Shown here: positions 8,895 to 18,435 of the stretch, one piece after another
Numbering within the stretch: the first letter of the stretch is position 1
How the letters are laid out: every line of letters starts with the position of its first letter
Source: Candidatus Poseidoniaceae archaeon
GTDB taxonomy: Archaea; Thermoplasmatota; Poseidoniia; Poseidoniales; Poseidoniaceae
Assembly (NCBI GenBank): GCA_938084675.1
Contig: CALKGM010000001.1
Location: forward strand, 22,181 to 86,180
Direction: 5' to 3'
DNA: 64,000 bases
The notes under the pieces: generated by a model
Database searches by the model: none
The model's input: only the letters and a program-made list of their open reading frames with translations
Told to the model about the DNA's origin: nothing
Program-made: the position numbers and the translations under genes

Positions 8895-10010
8895 ATGGGC
8901 ATTCATCACGACACATTCTCCGCCGTCCAACCGGGAAAACCCGGCTCAGCAATGTATCCAACTTCACCTCTTGGTGAGCGAGTAGAAGGAATCCCAACCG
9001 GCCGTGAAGTGGCTTGGGAGCCTCTCGTTGATTACCGACGAAACGGTGTCTCTGAAACCACAATCCACGGAGCAGTCGCTTGGGCGCACGGTGACGAAGT
9101 GATTCACTCCTTTGGCGGAAACGTTCTCTGCTATGGCCGCTCGATGATGAAACCCTTCATGCTCAAAGCCTTCACAGAGGAACTCGCAGATTGCAGTTGG
9201 GAACAAAAAGCCATTGCGGTCGCTTCCCATAACGGCGATACCGAGCACGTCGCTGCAGCACAATCGCTTCTTTCCCAAGCAGAATGGCCCTTGATGCTCA
9301 CTCCACTTGACGTCCCACTCATACAATTTGGACGGCAGGTTCGCCGGCCACGTCGATGGTTCCATACATGTTCTGGAGAACATGCTGCAATTCTTCGTGG
9401 ATGTAAATTGAAGGGTTGGAACAGAGCTGGTTACACCCTTCCTTCTCATGAAGTGTTTGGGGCTTACATGGAACAACTCCGAACCTACCTCGGTCAGAAC
9501 TGGAAGCCTCTCCGCATCGCTAAGGATGGTTGTGGCCTACCCACTGTATCCAATACGGTGTCTGAACTCGCACAAATCTACGCAGGTTTGGTTCGTGACA
9601 AAGATGACGATTGGATTTGGGAGTCCATGATTCGACACCCCGACCTTGTTGGAGGGTTCAACCGATTGGATTCAACTATCCTCAAAGCAGGTGAAGGAAG
9701 AGTCATCGCAAAAGAAGGGGCTGACGGTCTCCTCGGCATGGCGATTGAACATCCCGATTACCCCAAGGGATTGGGTATTGTTGTCAAAATCGCACACGGA
9801 TGGAATTCTCAAGCAACATGGTATGTTGCTCGCGCCCTACTTGGAGTGCTGGGAATTAACTTGAGAAATCCATACCCACTTCACCGTCAAAAAGCGTTCA
9901 TTGTACCTGGAATTGTCCCAGAAGCCTATGTTGACATTCTTGAAACCGTACCAACATGGGATGAATGGGACCCGGACAGAGATCGCTGGAACTACGAAAC
10001 CGAGGTCTGA
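8895..10010 (+). CDS. Class 3 (Rhizobium etli-type) asparaginase-family amidohydrolase
   Basis: RSMMKP, ASHNG, TCSGEH, DGCGLP and AKEGADG motifs. Confidence 0.85.
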   Translation: MGIHHDTFSAVQPGKPGSAMYPTSPLGERVEGIPTGREVAWEPLVDYRRNGVSETTIHGAVAWAHGDEVIHSFGGNVLCYGRSMMKPFMLKAFTEELADCSWEQKAIAVASHNGDTEHVAAAQSLLSQAEWPLMLTPLDVPLIQFGRQVRRPRRWFHTCSGEHAAILRGCKLKGWNRAGYTLPSHEVFGAYMEQLRTYLGQNWKPLRIAKDGCGLPTVSNTVSELAQIYAGLVRDKDDDWIWESMIRHPDLVGGFNRLDSTILKAGEGRVIAKEGADGLLGMAIEHPDYPKGLGIVVKIAHGWNSQATWYVARALLGVLGINLRNPYPLHRQKAFIVPGIVPEAYVDILETVPTWDEWDPDRDRWNYETEV

Positions 10011-10012
10011 AC

Positions 10013-11461
10013 ATGAAGCCACTCCTCAACTACATCGGTGGCTCATTCGTACCGGCTGATTCCGACACCACTCTAGAAAATCTCAACCCAGCCACCAACG
10101 AGGTCATGACCACCATTCCCCGTTCATCATCAACCGATGTCAACAAAGCCACCGTTGCTGCAATTAACGCAGAGGGCGCTTGGAAAGCAACCACATTAGA
10201 GGAGAGAATTCTATGGCTGGACCGTATTGCTGATGCCCTTGAGGCAAAGGCTGAGCAAATCGCCCAACTTGAAACGATGGACACTGGAAAACCAATTTCT
10301 CTTTCCCGACGTGTGGACGCGGCACGATCGGTGAGCAATTTCCGTTTCTTTGCAAACTTTGCAAGAGAACAAGAGCCCATGGAATTTGAAGCCCACGGTG
10401 CCATCAATTACGTCCATCGCTCTCCAGTTGGATGTGTTGGGCTCATCACGCCTTGGAATCTGCCGCTTTATCTCCTTACATGGAAGGTCGCACCTGCCTT
10501 GTTAATGGGAAATACCATCGTAGCCAAACCGTCAGAGATGACACCTATGACAGCGAACTTGCTCGCTGAAACGCTTGATGAGCTCAATTTTCCTGCTGGT
10601 GTATTCAATCTCGTACATGGACTTGGACCCGAAGTAGGGCAAGCCATCGTTGAGCATCCAAACATCAAGGCTATCTCGTTTACAGGAGGCACTGCAACTG
10701 GAAGAATTGTTGCCGCCACTGCTGCACCGATGTTCAAGAAACTCTCACTGGAACTTGGTGGGAAAAATGCTACGATACTCCTTGATGATGCGCCGGTTGA
10801 TGACATCGTTGACGACCTTGTCCGTGCGTCGTTTACAAACTCAGGACAAGTTTGTTTGTGTGGCTCAAGAGTACTCATTCCTCACTCCATGTACGACGAA
10901 GTTTCAGCGAAGTTTGTTGAAGGTGTTGAACGGCTTAAAATTGGAAACCCACTGGATGATGACACTCAAATGGGAGCAGTCATTTCTCTTGCACATCTTG
11001 AGAAAGTTGAATCATATATCAAACTTGGAATTCAAGAAGGTGGAATACTCCTAACAGGTGGTACAAAGGAGCATGCAAGCGTATCTGGAGTTCATCCGGA
11101 CGGAGCATTCCTGCGCCCAACTGTACTTGGAGGACTACCTCATACCGCTCGAACCGCAACTGAGGAAATCTTTGGTCCCGTTGTCACGCTCCATGCCTAC
11201 AAGAATGAAGATGAGGCAATAATGATGGCGAACTGCACGGATTACGGTCTTGCTGGTTCAGTTTGGACGGCTGACATTCAGCGAGGGCGGGCCTTTGCAG
11301 AGCGCTTGGAAACTGGAATTGTATGGGTAAACACATGGCTGAATCGAGACCTAAGGACGCCCTTCGGAGGCGTAAAACAATCAGGCGTTGGGCGAGAAGG
11401 CGGCACATGGTCGATGGGTTTCTTTTCTGAAATGACCAATGTATGCGTCAAGCAACCTTAG
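10013..11461 (+). CDS. Aldehyde dehydrogenase, 2-aminomuconate/2-hydroxymuconate semialdehyde dehydrogenase (ALDH8) type
   Basis: PWNLPLYLLTWK, LELGGKN, NSGQVCLCGSR, EEIFGPV, WLNRDLRTPFGG. ATG 10013 follows the upstream stop by 2 nt. Confidence 0.88.
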   Translation: MKPLLNYIGGSFVPADSDTTLENLNPATNEVMTTIPRSSSTDVNKATVAAINAEGAWKATTLEERILWLDRIADALEAKAEQIAQLETMDTGKPISLSRRVDAARSVSNFRFFANFAREQEPMEFEAHGAINYVHRSPVGCVGLITPWNLPLYLLTWKVAPALLMGNTIVAKPSEMTPMTANLLAETLDELNFPAGVFNLVHGLGPEVGQAIVEHPNIKAISFTGGTATGRIVAATAAPMFKKLSLELGGKNATILLDDAPVDDIVDDLVRASFTNSGQVCLCGSRVLIPHSMYDEVSAKFVEGVERLKIGNPLDDDTQMGAVISLAHLEKVESYIKLGIQEGGILLTGGTKEHASVSGVHPDGAFLRPTVLGGLPHTARTATEEIFGPVVTLHAYKNEDEAIMMANCTDYGLAGSVWTADIQRGRAFAERLETGIVWVNTWLNRDLRTPFGGVKQSGVGREGGTWSMGFFSEMTNVCVKQP

Positions 11462-11533
11462 ACCAATACTGCTAGAATTGTCACCTGAAAGTCAAAGCGA
11501 GGCATTCAAATCAACTGGGCCTGTGGGAGAACC

Positions 11534-12355
11534 ATGTCGGTTCATGGAAAGGCCCGTAAAGTGACGACCAATACGCTCCAAGAAATGATGCGGGCTGGTG
11601 AAAAAATCACCATGCTTACAGCCTATGATTATTCTTTGGCTCGTCTTGTAGACCAAGCAGGAGTTGATGTCATTTTGGTAGGAGATTCAGCATCAAATGT
11701 CATGGCGGGGCAAGCAACAACTGTACCTATGACCCTGGACCACATGATCTACCATGCTCAGTGTGTAGAGCGAGCCGTTGACAGAGCACTCCTGGTGGTT
11801 GACATGCCTTTTGGAACCTATCAAGGAAATTCCAGGAACGCTCTAGAGTCTGCCATCCGCATCATGAAAGAATCAAGCGGCCATGCTGTTAAACTTGAAG
11901 GAGGAGCAGAAATCGTTGAATCCGTTCAACGCATCCTCACCGCCGGTATTCCCGTTATGGGTCACCTCGGGTTAACGCCTCAATCCATTTACAAGTTCGG
12001 AACCTATTCAGTTCGTGCAAAAGAAGATGAAGAAGCTGAGAAACTCATTCAAGATGCTAAAATTCTTGAGGAAGCAGGTTGTTTCGCTATCGTGCTTGAA
12101 AAGATTCCCAGGGAACTCGCAAAGCGAGTTACTGAAGTCATTGACATTCCAACGATTGGAATCGGAGCAGGACCCGACGTTGACGGACAAGTTCTCGTCC
12201 TCCATGATGTCCTTGGAATCACTATGGATTTCTCACCGCGTTTCCTTCGTCGCTATCTCAATCTCGCAGAAGAAATCGATGGGGCATTGAAGTCTTACTG
12301 CAGTGATGTTCGCTCGGGACAGTTCCCGAACGAAGACGAGTCCTACACCTCCTGA
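11534..12355 (+). CDS. panB: 3-methyl-2-oxobutanoate hydroxymethyltransferase
   Basis: [46 protein letters not shown]. Confidence 0.96.
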   Translation: MSVHGKARKVTTNTLQEMMRAGEKITMLTAYDYSLARLVDQAGVDVILVGDSASNVMAGQATTVPMTLDHMIYHAQCVERAVDRALLVVDMPFGTYQGNSRNALESAIRIMKESSGHAVKLEGGAEIVESVQRILTAGIPVMGHLGLTPQSIYKFGTYSVRAKEDEEAEKLIQDAKILEEAGCFAIVLEKIPRELAKRVTEVIDIPTIGIGAGPDVDGQVLVLHDVLGITMDFSPRFLRRYLNLAEEIDGALKSYCSDVRSGQFPNEDESYTS

Positions 12356-12883
12356 TTAAAGGAAGAGATTGTAGGTCAGCACAGAGCCACCTAATGCACC
12401 GATGTTAACACCCAATGTGTGCCACAAGGCACTTCGGAACGGAGGGAGATTGAACCGCCACCATGAGGTGCACATCCAAATCCACACGATGGAAGCGATA
12501 TACCCTCCACAAAACATACCGGTCAGTCCAGGAACAAACCATATCCCGACGAGATAGGTTATAGGGAGAAGAACGCCGAGGGAATACTGCATCCATTTGG
12601 ATTGTTCATGAGGCGTAAGCCAACGATGGAAAAGAGGAGAAAACAGCAACATTGCGAGCAAGGATGCTTGAACAGGGTTGGGCCAGACAGTGCCCAAATG
12701 AGGCTGGATTTGAAATTGCCAAATCCCACCTACAATCGCTCCAAAGAAGGCGGGAATACCGACATTGGTCCATGTCTCATTCCAATCTGCAGAGGTTGGT
12801 AGGACAGGTTCCCCAGCGACTAGGATTTCAACACCGCTGGTTTCTCCACCAACAGGAGCGTCGCTTTCCCCTACCTCGGACAC
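12356..12883 (-). CDS. Hypothetical multi-pass membrane protein
   Basis: About five hydrophobic segments. GTG 12883 chosen to avoid overlap with the divergent dioxygenase gene. Confidence 0.65.
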   Translation of the reverse strand: MSEVGESDAPVGGETSGVEILVAGEPVLPTSADWNETWTNVGIPAFFGAIVGGIWQFQIQPHLGTVWPNPVQASLLAMLLFSPLFHRWLTPHEQSKWMQYSLGVLLPITYLVGIWFVPGLTGMFCGGYIASIVWIWMCTSWWRFNLPPFRSALWHTLGVNIGALGGSVLTYNLFL

Positions 12884-12982
12884 AAATCTCCGAAATCTTC
12901 GTGGTGTTTGAGACTTGGCTTGTAGAGAGCAAACAGAATGCAAATCCGATGGCCCTTTAGGGCAGTTCAGTGTCGGGGAATC

Positions 12983-13885
12983 ATGGGGAAAGGAAAAATT
13001 GTCGCAGGGTGCCTTGCTCCGCATCCACCGCATTTGGTTTACGCTGAAAATCCACCTCAAAACGAGCCCACTGCTGAAGGCGGTTGGGAACAACTCCGGT
13101 GGGGATATGAGCGTCTTCGTGCGTCGTTAGCCGATGTTGAATACGACGCTATCGTCGTGCTTTCGCCACACTGGCAAACCTATGTCGGAACGCATTTCCT
13201 CGGACTTCCTCATTTTGAAGGACTTTCAGTCGACCCAGTATTTCCAAACCTATTCCGCTATCATTACGATTTGAACATTGATGTTGACCTAACAAAAGCA
13301 ATCCACAATGAAGCACAAGCCTCTGGATTATCTGTCAAACTAATGGAGAATCCCGACTTTAGAGTGGATTATGGAACCATTGTAACTGGACATATGTTTA
13401 ATCCATCTTGGGACAAACCGATGGTCGTCATTTCAAGCAACCGGTCAAGCCAATACTATTCTGTTGAAGTGATGCAAGACATGATGATAGAACTTGGAAA
13501 GGTCACACGGAAGGCAATTGAAGAGAGTGGTAAGAGGGTCGTTGTTATTGCGAGTAACTCTCTTTCACACCGACATTTCACGACCGAATCCGAGGTTCCA
13601 GAAGACATGAGCAAAGAGCACATCACCAGCCACGCCATGCATCTATGGGACATGCGTATGATCGATTATATGGTCAAAGGACAAAGTCAGCGTATCTTGG
13701 ATGAAATGCCTGAATTTACCGAGCAAGCCATTGCAGAGAGCGATGGAGGAGCATTTTCATGGTTACTTTCAGCATTGAATGTACCGGACTACCCTGCGAT
13801 TCTTCACGGATACGGAACCATCATTGGGACTGGAAATGCCATCGTTGAATGGCCTTGTCATGCCCACGAGGAGGGGAGGGAATGA
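12983..13885 (+). CDS. amnB: 2-aminophenol 1,6-dioxygenase beta (catalytic) subunit, LigB-type extradiol dioxygenase
   Basis: LAPHPPHLVYAENPPQNEP..GGWEQLRW, SPHW, SVDPVFPNLFRY, FRVDYGT, LSHRHF, PEDMSKE, GYGTIIGTGNA closely match the recalled AmnB/CnbCb sequence; Fe-ligand His/His/Glu positions are present. Confidence 0.9.
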   Translation: MGKGKIVAGCLAPHPPHLVYAENPPQNEPTAEGGWEQLRWGYERLRASLADVEYDAIVVLSPHWQTYVGTHFLGLPHFEGLSVDPVFPNLFRYHYDLNIDVDLTKAIHNEAQASGLSVKLMENPDFRVDYGTIVTGHMFNPSWDKPMVVISSNRSSQYYSVEVMQDMMIELGKVTRKAIEESGKRVVVIASNSLSHRHFTTESEVPEDMSKEHITSHAMHLWDMRMIDYMVKGQSQRILDEMPEFTEQAIAESDGGAFSWLLSALNVPDYPAILHGYGTIIGTGNAIVEWPCHAHEEGRE

Positions 13886-15294
13886 GCGAAGGTAAGATTG
13901 TAGCCTCTTTCGTTGTCCCAGTACACCCTCATACCGTCCTTGCTCCTGACCAAAACCCGGGATGGAAAAGACTCAGAGAAGCCTTTGACCAAGCAGCCCA
14001 AACCATTCGTGAACTTGATGCAGATTTGATTGTTGTTTACTCAACGACCTGGCCCTCCGTCATCGGTCATCAAATTCAATCAGACCCGAACCCTGAATGG
14101 GTCATGGTTGACCATGATTTCCACGACTTAGGTTCCATCCCATATTCCTTCAATATTGACCAAGAATTTGCTCATGCGTGGGACGATGCGAACAAAGCCA
14201 GAGGTTTGCAAAGTCGTTGCGTCAATTACAAAGGATTTCCAATTGACGTGGGCTCCGTAGTCGCTTTGACGTTACTCAATCCTGACAATAAAATTCCTGC
14301 TGTAATCGTATCGTCCAACGTTTACGCAAACCGTTCAGAGACAACGGTGATGGCCAAAGCATGTCTCGACGTAGTCAAGGCTCAGGGCAAAAAGGTAGTA
14401 GCGGTTACTGCAATGTCACTGTCAAACCGCATGTTCACTGACTTCATTGAACCGTCTGAGGATAAGATTCACTCGCTCAAAGACCATGAATGGAATCAAA
14501 AAATCCTTGAATTCCTTAGGCAAGGGCGCTTGGAAGATGTTGGGCAACTCTCCCGTACCATTCAGCAGCAAATCCGCGTTCAGAAAGTGGTTGCATTCAA
14601 GCCAATGTGGTGGCTTTCTGCCATGAATGGAAACCGCAACGACTTGACTGGAAACGTCATGGCTTACGAAGCAATACACGGAGCAGGTGGAGCAGTCGTC
14701 CACCTTGACCCGACGCCATCTGGTGTTGGAGACAAGGAATACGATGAGGAAGACATTGAATATTTCCACGGTGAGCGTGGAGTTCTAGACGCTGTAGAAG
14801 ATATTCAAGCCGAAGAACTCACACCTGCCACGAATCAGAACAGTGGCCCTGAACTCTGGGAGCCAACCGAAAGAAAGGGTTCTGTCAACACCGATAGCGC
14901 TCCAAAGCCCGTCGGAGCTTATCCACATGCACGGCGGGTTGGTAACATGCTCTATCTCTCTGGTGTTGGCCCTCGCCAACCCGGCACGAACGCAATTCCT
15001 GGTGGTCCAATCCATGATGAAAACGATGAGCCGCTAGATTACGACATTAAGGCTCAAACTCACGCAGTTGTTGAAAACGTTCGCCGAGTTGTTGAAGAAG
15101 CGGGCGGTACAATGGATCAAGTGGTTGATGTCACTACGTTCCTAGTGGACATGAAGCGTGACTTTTCGGGCTACAATGAGGTATGGGCTGAAACACTTGG
15201 AAAGGTGGGCCCCACTCGGACCACATTAGCCATTGATGCGCTACCAACTCCCATTGCAGTTGAGATGAAAGTTATCGTTCATCTTGGAGAATGA
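13882..15294 (+). CDS. amnA: Fusion of 2-aminophenol 1,6-dioxygenase alpha subunit and RidA-family (2-aminomuconate deaminase-like) domain
   Basis: N-part: VYSTTW, VNYKGFPIDVG, SSNVY, EWNQKIL (alpha subunit). C-part from ~14884: APKPVGAYPHARRVG..LSGVGPR..PTRTT..LPTPIAVEMK (RidA). ATGA overlap with the beta-subunit stop. Confidence 0.85.
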   Translation: MSEGKIVASFVVPVHPHTVLAPDQNPGWKRLREAFDQAAQTIRELDADLIVVYSTTWPSVIGHQIQSDPNPEWVMVDHDFHDLGSIPYSFNIDQEFAHAWDDANKARGLQSRCVNYKGFPIDVGSVVALTLLNPDNKIPAVIVSSNVYANRSETTVMAKACLDVVKAQGKKVVAVTAMSLSNRMFTDFIEPSEDKIHSLKDHEWNQKILEFLRQGRLEDVGQLSRTIQQQIRVQKVVAFKPMWWLSAMNGNRNDLTGNVMAYEAIHGAGGAVVHLDPTPSGVGDKEYDEEDIEYFHGERGVLDAVEDIQAEELTPATNQNSGPELWEPTERKGSVNTDSAPKPVGAYPHARRVGNMLYLSGVGPRQPGTNAIPGGPIHDENDEPLDYDIKAQTHAVVENVRRVVEEAGGTMDQVVDVTTFLVDMKRDFSGYNEVWAETLGKVGPTRTTLAIDALPTPIAVEMKVIVHLGE

Positions 15295-15309
15295 TTGGAA
15301 CAACTTGCT

Positions 15310-15729
15310 TCATGACAAGAGCAGGCGAAGCGACTCGAGACTCCGAAGTTCTGCAAGGTAAATTTGCTCAATAGCGTCGTACATTTCTTGGTCGCCGCCA
15401 TCTCCAATGGTACTCATAATTTGACCGTAGACTTCTGCAGCCTTGGTCTCAGTTTCCAGACTTCGCCGAAGCATTTCCTCAAAATTAACGCTGTGAACGA
15501 TTTCATGTGGATTCCTTTCCGTGACTGGAATACCACCTAGCTTGACGACTGCTCGGCGGACGATGTCAGCATGTGTCAAGGATTCGGTGGATTCTGTAGT
15601 GAACATTGGAGAGAGTTGAAGTCGGTGAATTCCTCGGATAGTTGCAGCATAATGTGCGTACATATTCACTGCACGAATTTCCCATCCCAATGCATCGTTT
15701 AGTTGTTCAATCAATCGTTCTTTATCCAT
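15310..15729 (-). CDS. Ferritin-like (bacterioferritin-like) four-helix-bundle protein
   Basis: LNDALGWE..A..MY..YA, ESLTHA..LGGIP, LETE..A..Y pattern. Confidence 0.75.
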   Translation of the reverse strand: MDKERLIEQLNDALGWEIRAVNMYAHYAATIRGIHRLQLSPMFTTESTESLTHADIVRRAVVKLGGIPVTERNPHEIVHSVNFEEMLRRSLETETKAAEVYGQIMSTIGDGGDQEMYDAIEQIYLAELRSLESLRLLLS

Positions 15730-15824
15730 TCAAATCAATCCTAGCGTGATGTTAGCCGCCATCTCTGTCTACCGTGTGAGCGGGTCGGTGTGATAAACCC
15801 ATGTAATCAGAGAATTTATGAAAA

Positions 15825-18431
15825 TTACTCGTGACGAATCCATTCACCTTCGGGTGTGACTTCCCAGTATTGGAGTTCCTCTGAGACATCAACATACCAC
15901 CCCGTCTGTCCTTGCTCTGTTGAAGGAGTGGCTTGCATAACGCCGACCGCTGCGGCCTCTTTCGCTAGTTGGGCAATACCCTCCGGAGACAAGCCGTGGC
16001 GTTCTGTCAACGGCGTGTTATCTTCAGCATCAGAGGATTTTGAAAACTCGTCTTCATCATCCTCATCTTCATCAAAGGCATCATCGACCCAATCATTACC
16101 CTCAACAGAGGAAGCCTTGCGAGCGAGAACGACGAGAACTGCAAGAATAAGACAAAGCAAAAGAGCAGCCATGCTCATTGCAGTATTCGTGGAACCAACT
16201 GCTCCACCAAGAAGGACTTCATCCACGTCAAAGAAGGTTTGAGCAAGTAATCCGTTCCATCGGAGTGTGCAGGTCCGGTCCGTTCCACCATCGTTCAAAC
16301 TGAGTTCCCATGTTCCTTCGGTGACAAACTTAGCACTTCCTGCATTACAATCAATGGAGGCATTTTCCCCTTTAATAGCAACGATGTTTCCAAACTCATC
16401 AATTCCAAAGGCCTCGAGAAGAACGACGTCGCCTTCAGCCATTGTTTCACGATTCAAACTGGCTTGAATACGGATTGGTTCGCCTGCAACAACAGTAAGA
16501 GGAATGACGTGGAGAGCGTCTTCTTCTTGAAGAATCAATTCATATGTTCCGCTTTCTTTTCCAGTAAACTGCCAGAATCCTAAACCGGTAGGTGAGGCTT
16601 CCAGTTCACCAAGGCTAGAGTTTAATGGAGTTGTAACTGAGGTTGCTTCGGCAAGATTCCCATGAATGTCAACCACTTGCACGAAGAGGTCAGTGGGTTC
16701 TCCAGCCTTTACGAGAAGCCCAGAATCCATGTCAGTAACAAGCCCGTGGGCCGTTCCTGCGGTCACTGTAATTCGGATCGTTGCAAAGACACCATCTGCA
16801 TTAACTCGTATCTCATGGCCTCCAACAGACGTTGCAACCCAGCGGTTGGAATTAAGTATCATCTCGAGTGTCATATCAGAGTCATCAATGGTCCAATTTG
16901 ATTCAATATCAGCGAGTTGATTCCCATATGCATCATAAAACTGAGGACTGAGGTCAATTTCACCGTCTGCAGGAACCTGCTCTCCATCCCCGGGAAGCAT
17001 GATGAAAGCTAACCGACCTGGTTGTACATCAAAGCCGTATGTTGCTACAAACATTGACCCAGTTTCGTTGTCAAACCAATTTCCCTCAAAGTACCATGAT
17101 TGAATCGTCGTAGCTTGTATCAGTTGATAGGTCCCCATGTCCGAAATTTGTGAAGCATTCCCCATATTCATATTGATAGTACCGTTAACGACCCAAGTAT
17201 TTCCCTTTACATCAAGAGCATTGAGAACAATCGCGACTTGATCACCAGCAAACGCAACGGCTGGTTCAACCATCATGACCAATTCAATGGCTTGTCCGTG
17301 CACGACTTCAACAACAAGCTGAGTCGACACGGTACCATCAGTCCCTGTGAGCGTTGCCGTGCCTACTTCCGAAGGACTCCAGTACACATGACCGTCATCG
17401 GTTGACAAACCTCCTGAATCTGTTGACAATGAACCAATTTCAGGAGTTACAAAGCCGATGTATCCATTCTCATCTCTTCGGTCAAAAACAACTTCATATC
17501 GCTCTCCAGCAACAAAGGATTCTGGGTCATTAACAAACTTGAGTTCGGAAGCAACCGCATCGCCAGGAATCACATCAATGAAGCCATTTCCTGTAATGTT
17601 CCCCGAGGTTGCGCTGATGGCCCACCGGCCAGTATTGGTTGCTGAGTACTCGCCTTGAGCATTGAATGAGCCGTTCTCAGCGTACCATCCAATCGATGGG
17701 GTCAACGACAGCGGCATTTCATACCCGTTTTGGTCAATTAATGTTGGTTGTATAAGCGTGATTGTCCCAGCACGAACTTGCAGGTTTGGGCTGAAAACAA
17801 ATTCATGTGGAGACCCCGCAGATACTGTCGCTGTAGCAGAATCTTCAAGTTGATTAAACCGTACTTTCAATTCCAATGGCGAGGTTGTTTCAGGAGTAAA
17901 TATAGGCGTACCTTGGCCGAAATACATACCGTTTAGGTCCCATACCATCCCTTCACTACCTGCCATACGATTTCCACGTCCGTCGATTAAATCAGCCGTT
18001 AGTGGAGAGCCTTCTTTTGCTAAGAATTGTGTGCTCGTCACTTCAATTGATGTCGCAACACCCGGCGTCACTGTAATGTTAATACTGCCTTCCACACCTT
18101 CGTGTTCGGCTGTAATTTCAACCGTTCCAGAAGACCAAGGATAAAACCACCCGTCATCACTAATCGTCCCGTTTGAGACGGACCAATTCACATCTCCAAC
18201 GATGACAGTATTTACTGCATCATAGATAATGGCTTCAAACTGAATGACTTCGTCGGCGGACACATCTGGTGGTGAACCGTCTACGACCACTCTGTCGGTC
18301 GGGCCTGCGTGAGCAGGAAAATTGGAGCGTTCAAGTTCTGTGGGTGAATTCAGATGAAGGGAAGGAACAATCATCGTTGCGGTAATTAGCAACACAATCA
18401 AGACGTTCTTACACTGCATCGAAGTTCCCAC
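15825..18431 (-). CDS. Secreted, C-terminally anchored surface protein with tandem Ig-like repeats
   Basis: Signal peptide; repeats with TPG/AG..DxxGN motifs; TM segment; acidic tail ending in a Trp-rich motif. Confidence 0.8.
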   Translation of the reverse strand: MGTSMQCKNVLIVLLITATMIVPSLHLNSPTELERSNFPAHAGPTDRVVVDGSPPDVSADEVIQFEAIIYDAVNTVIVGDVNWSVSNGTISDDGWFYPWSSGTVEITAEHEGVEGSINITVTPGVATSIEVTSTQFLAKEGSPLTADLIDGRGNRMAGSEGMVWDLNGMYFGQGTPIFTPETTSPLELKVRFNQLEDSATATVSAGSPHEFVFSPNLQVRAGTITLIQPTLIDQNGYEMPLSLTPSIGWYAENGSFNAQGEYSATNTGRWAISATSGNITGNGFIDVIPGDAVASELKFVNDPESFVAGERYEVVFDRRDENGYIGFVTPEIGSLSTDSGGLSTDDGHVYWSPSEVGTATLTGTDGTVSTQLVVEVVHGQAIELVMMVEPAVAFAGDQVAIVLNALDVKGNTWVVNGTINMNMGNASQISDMGTYQLIQATTIQSWYFEGNWFDNETGSMFVATYGFDVQPGRLAFIMLPGDGEQVPADGEIDLSPQFYDAYGNQLADIESNWTIDDSDMTLEMILNSNRWVATSVGGHEIRVNADGVFATIRITVTAGTAHGLVTDMDSGLLVKAGEPTDLFVQVVDIHGNLAEATSVTTPLNSSLGELEASPTGLGFWQFTGKESGTYELILQEEDALHVIPLTVVAGEPIRIQASLNRETMAEGDVVLLEAFGIDEFGNIVAIKGENASIDCNAGSAKFVTEGTWELSLNDGGTDRTCTLRWNGLLAQTFFDVDEVLLGGAVGSTNTAMSMAALLLCLILAVLVVLARKASSVEGNDWVDDAFDEDEDDEDEFSKSSDAEDNTPLTERHGLSPEGIAQLAKEAAAVGVMQATPSTEQGQTGWYVDVSEELQYWEVTPEGEWIRHE

Positions 18432-18435
18432 CTAG

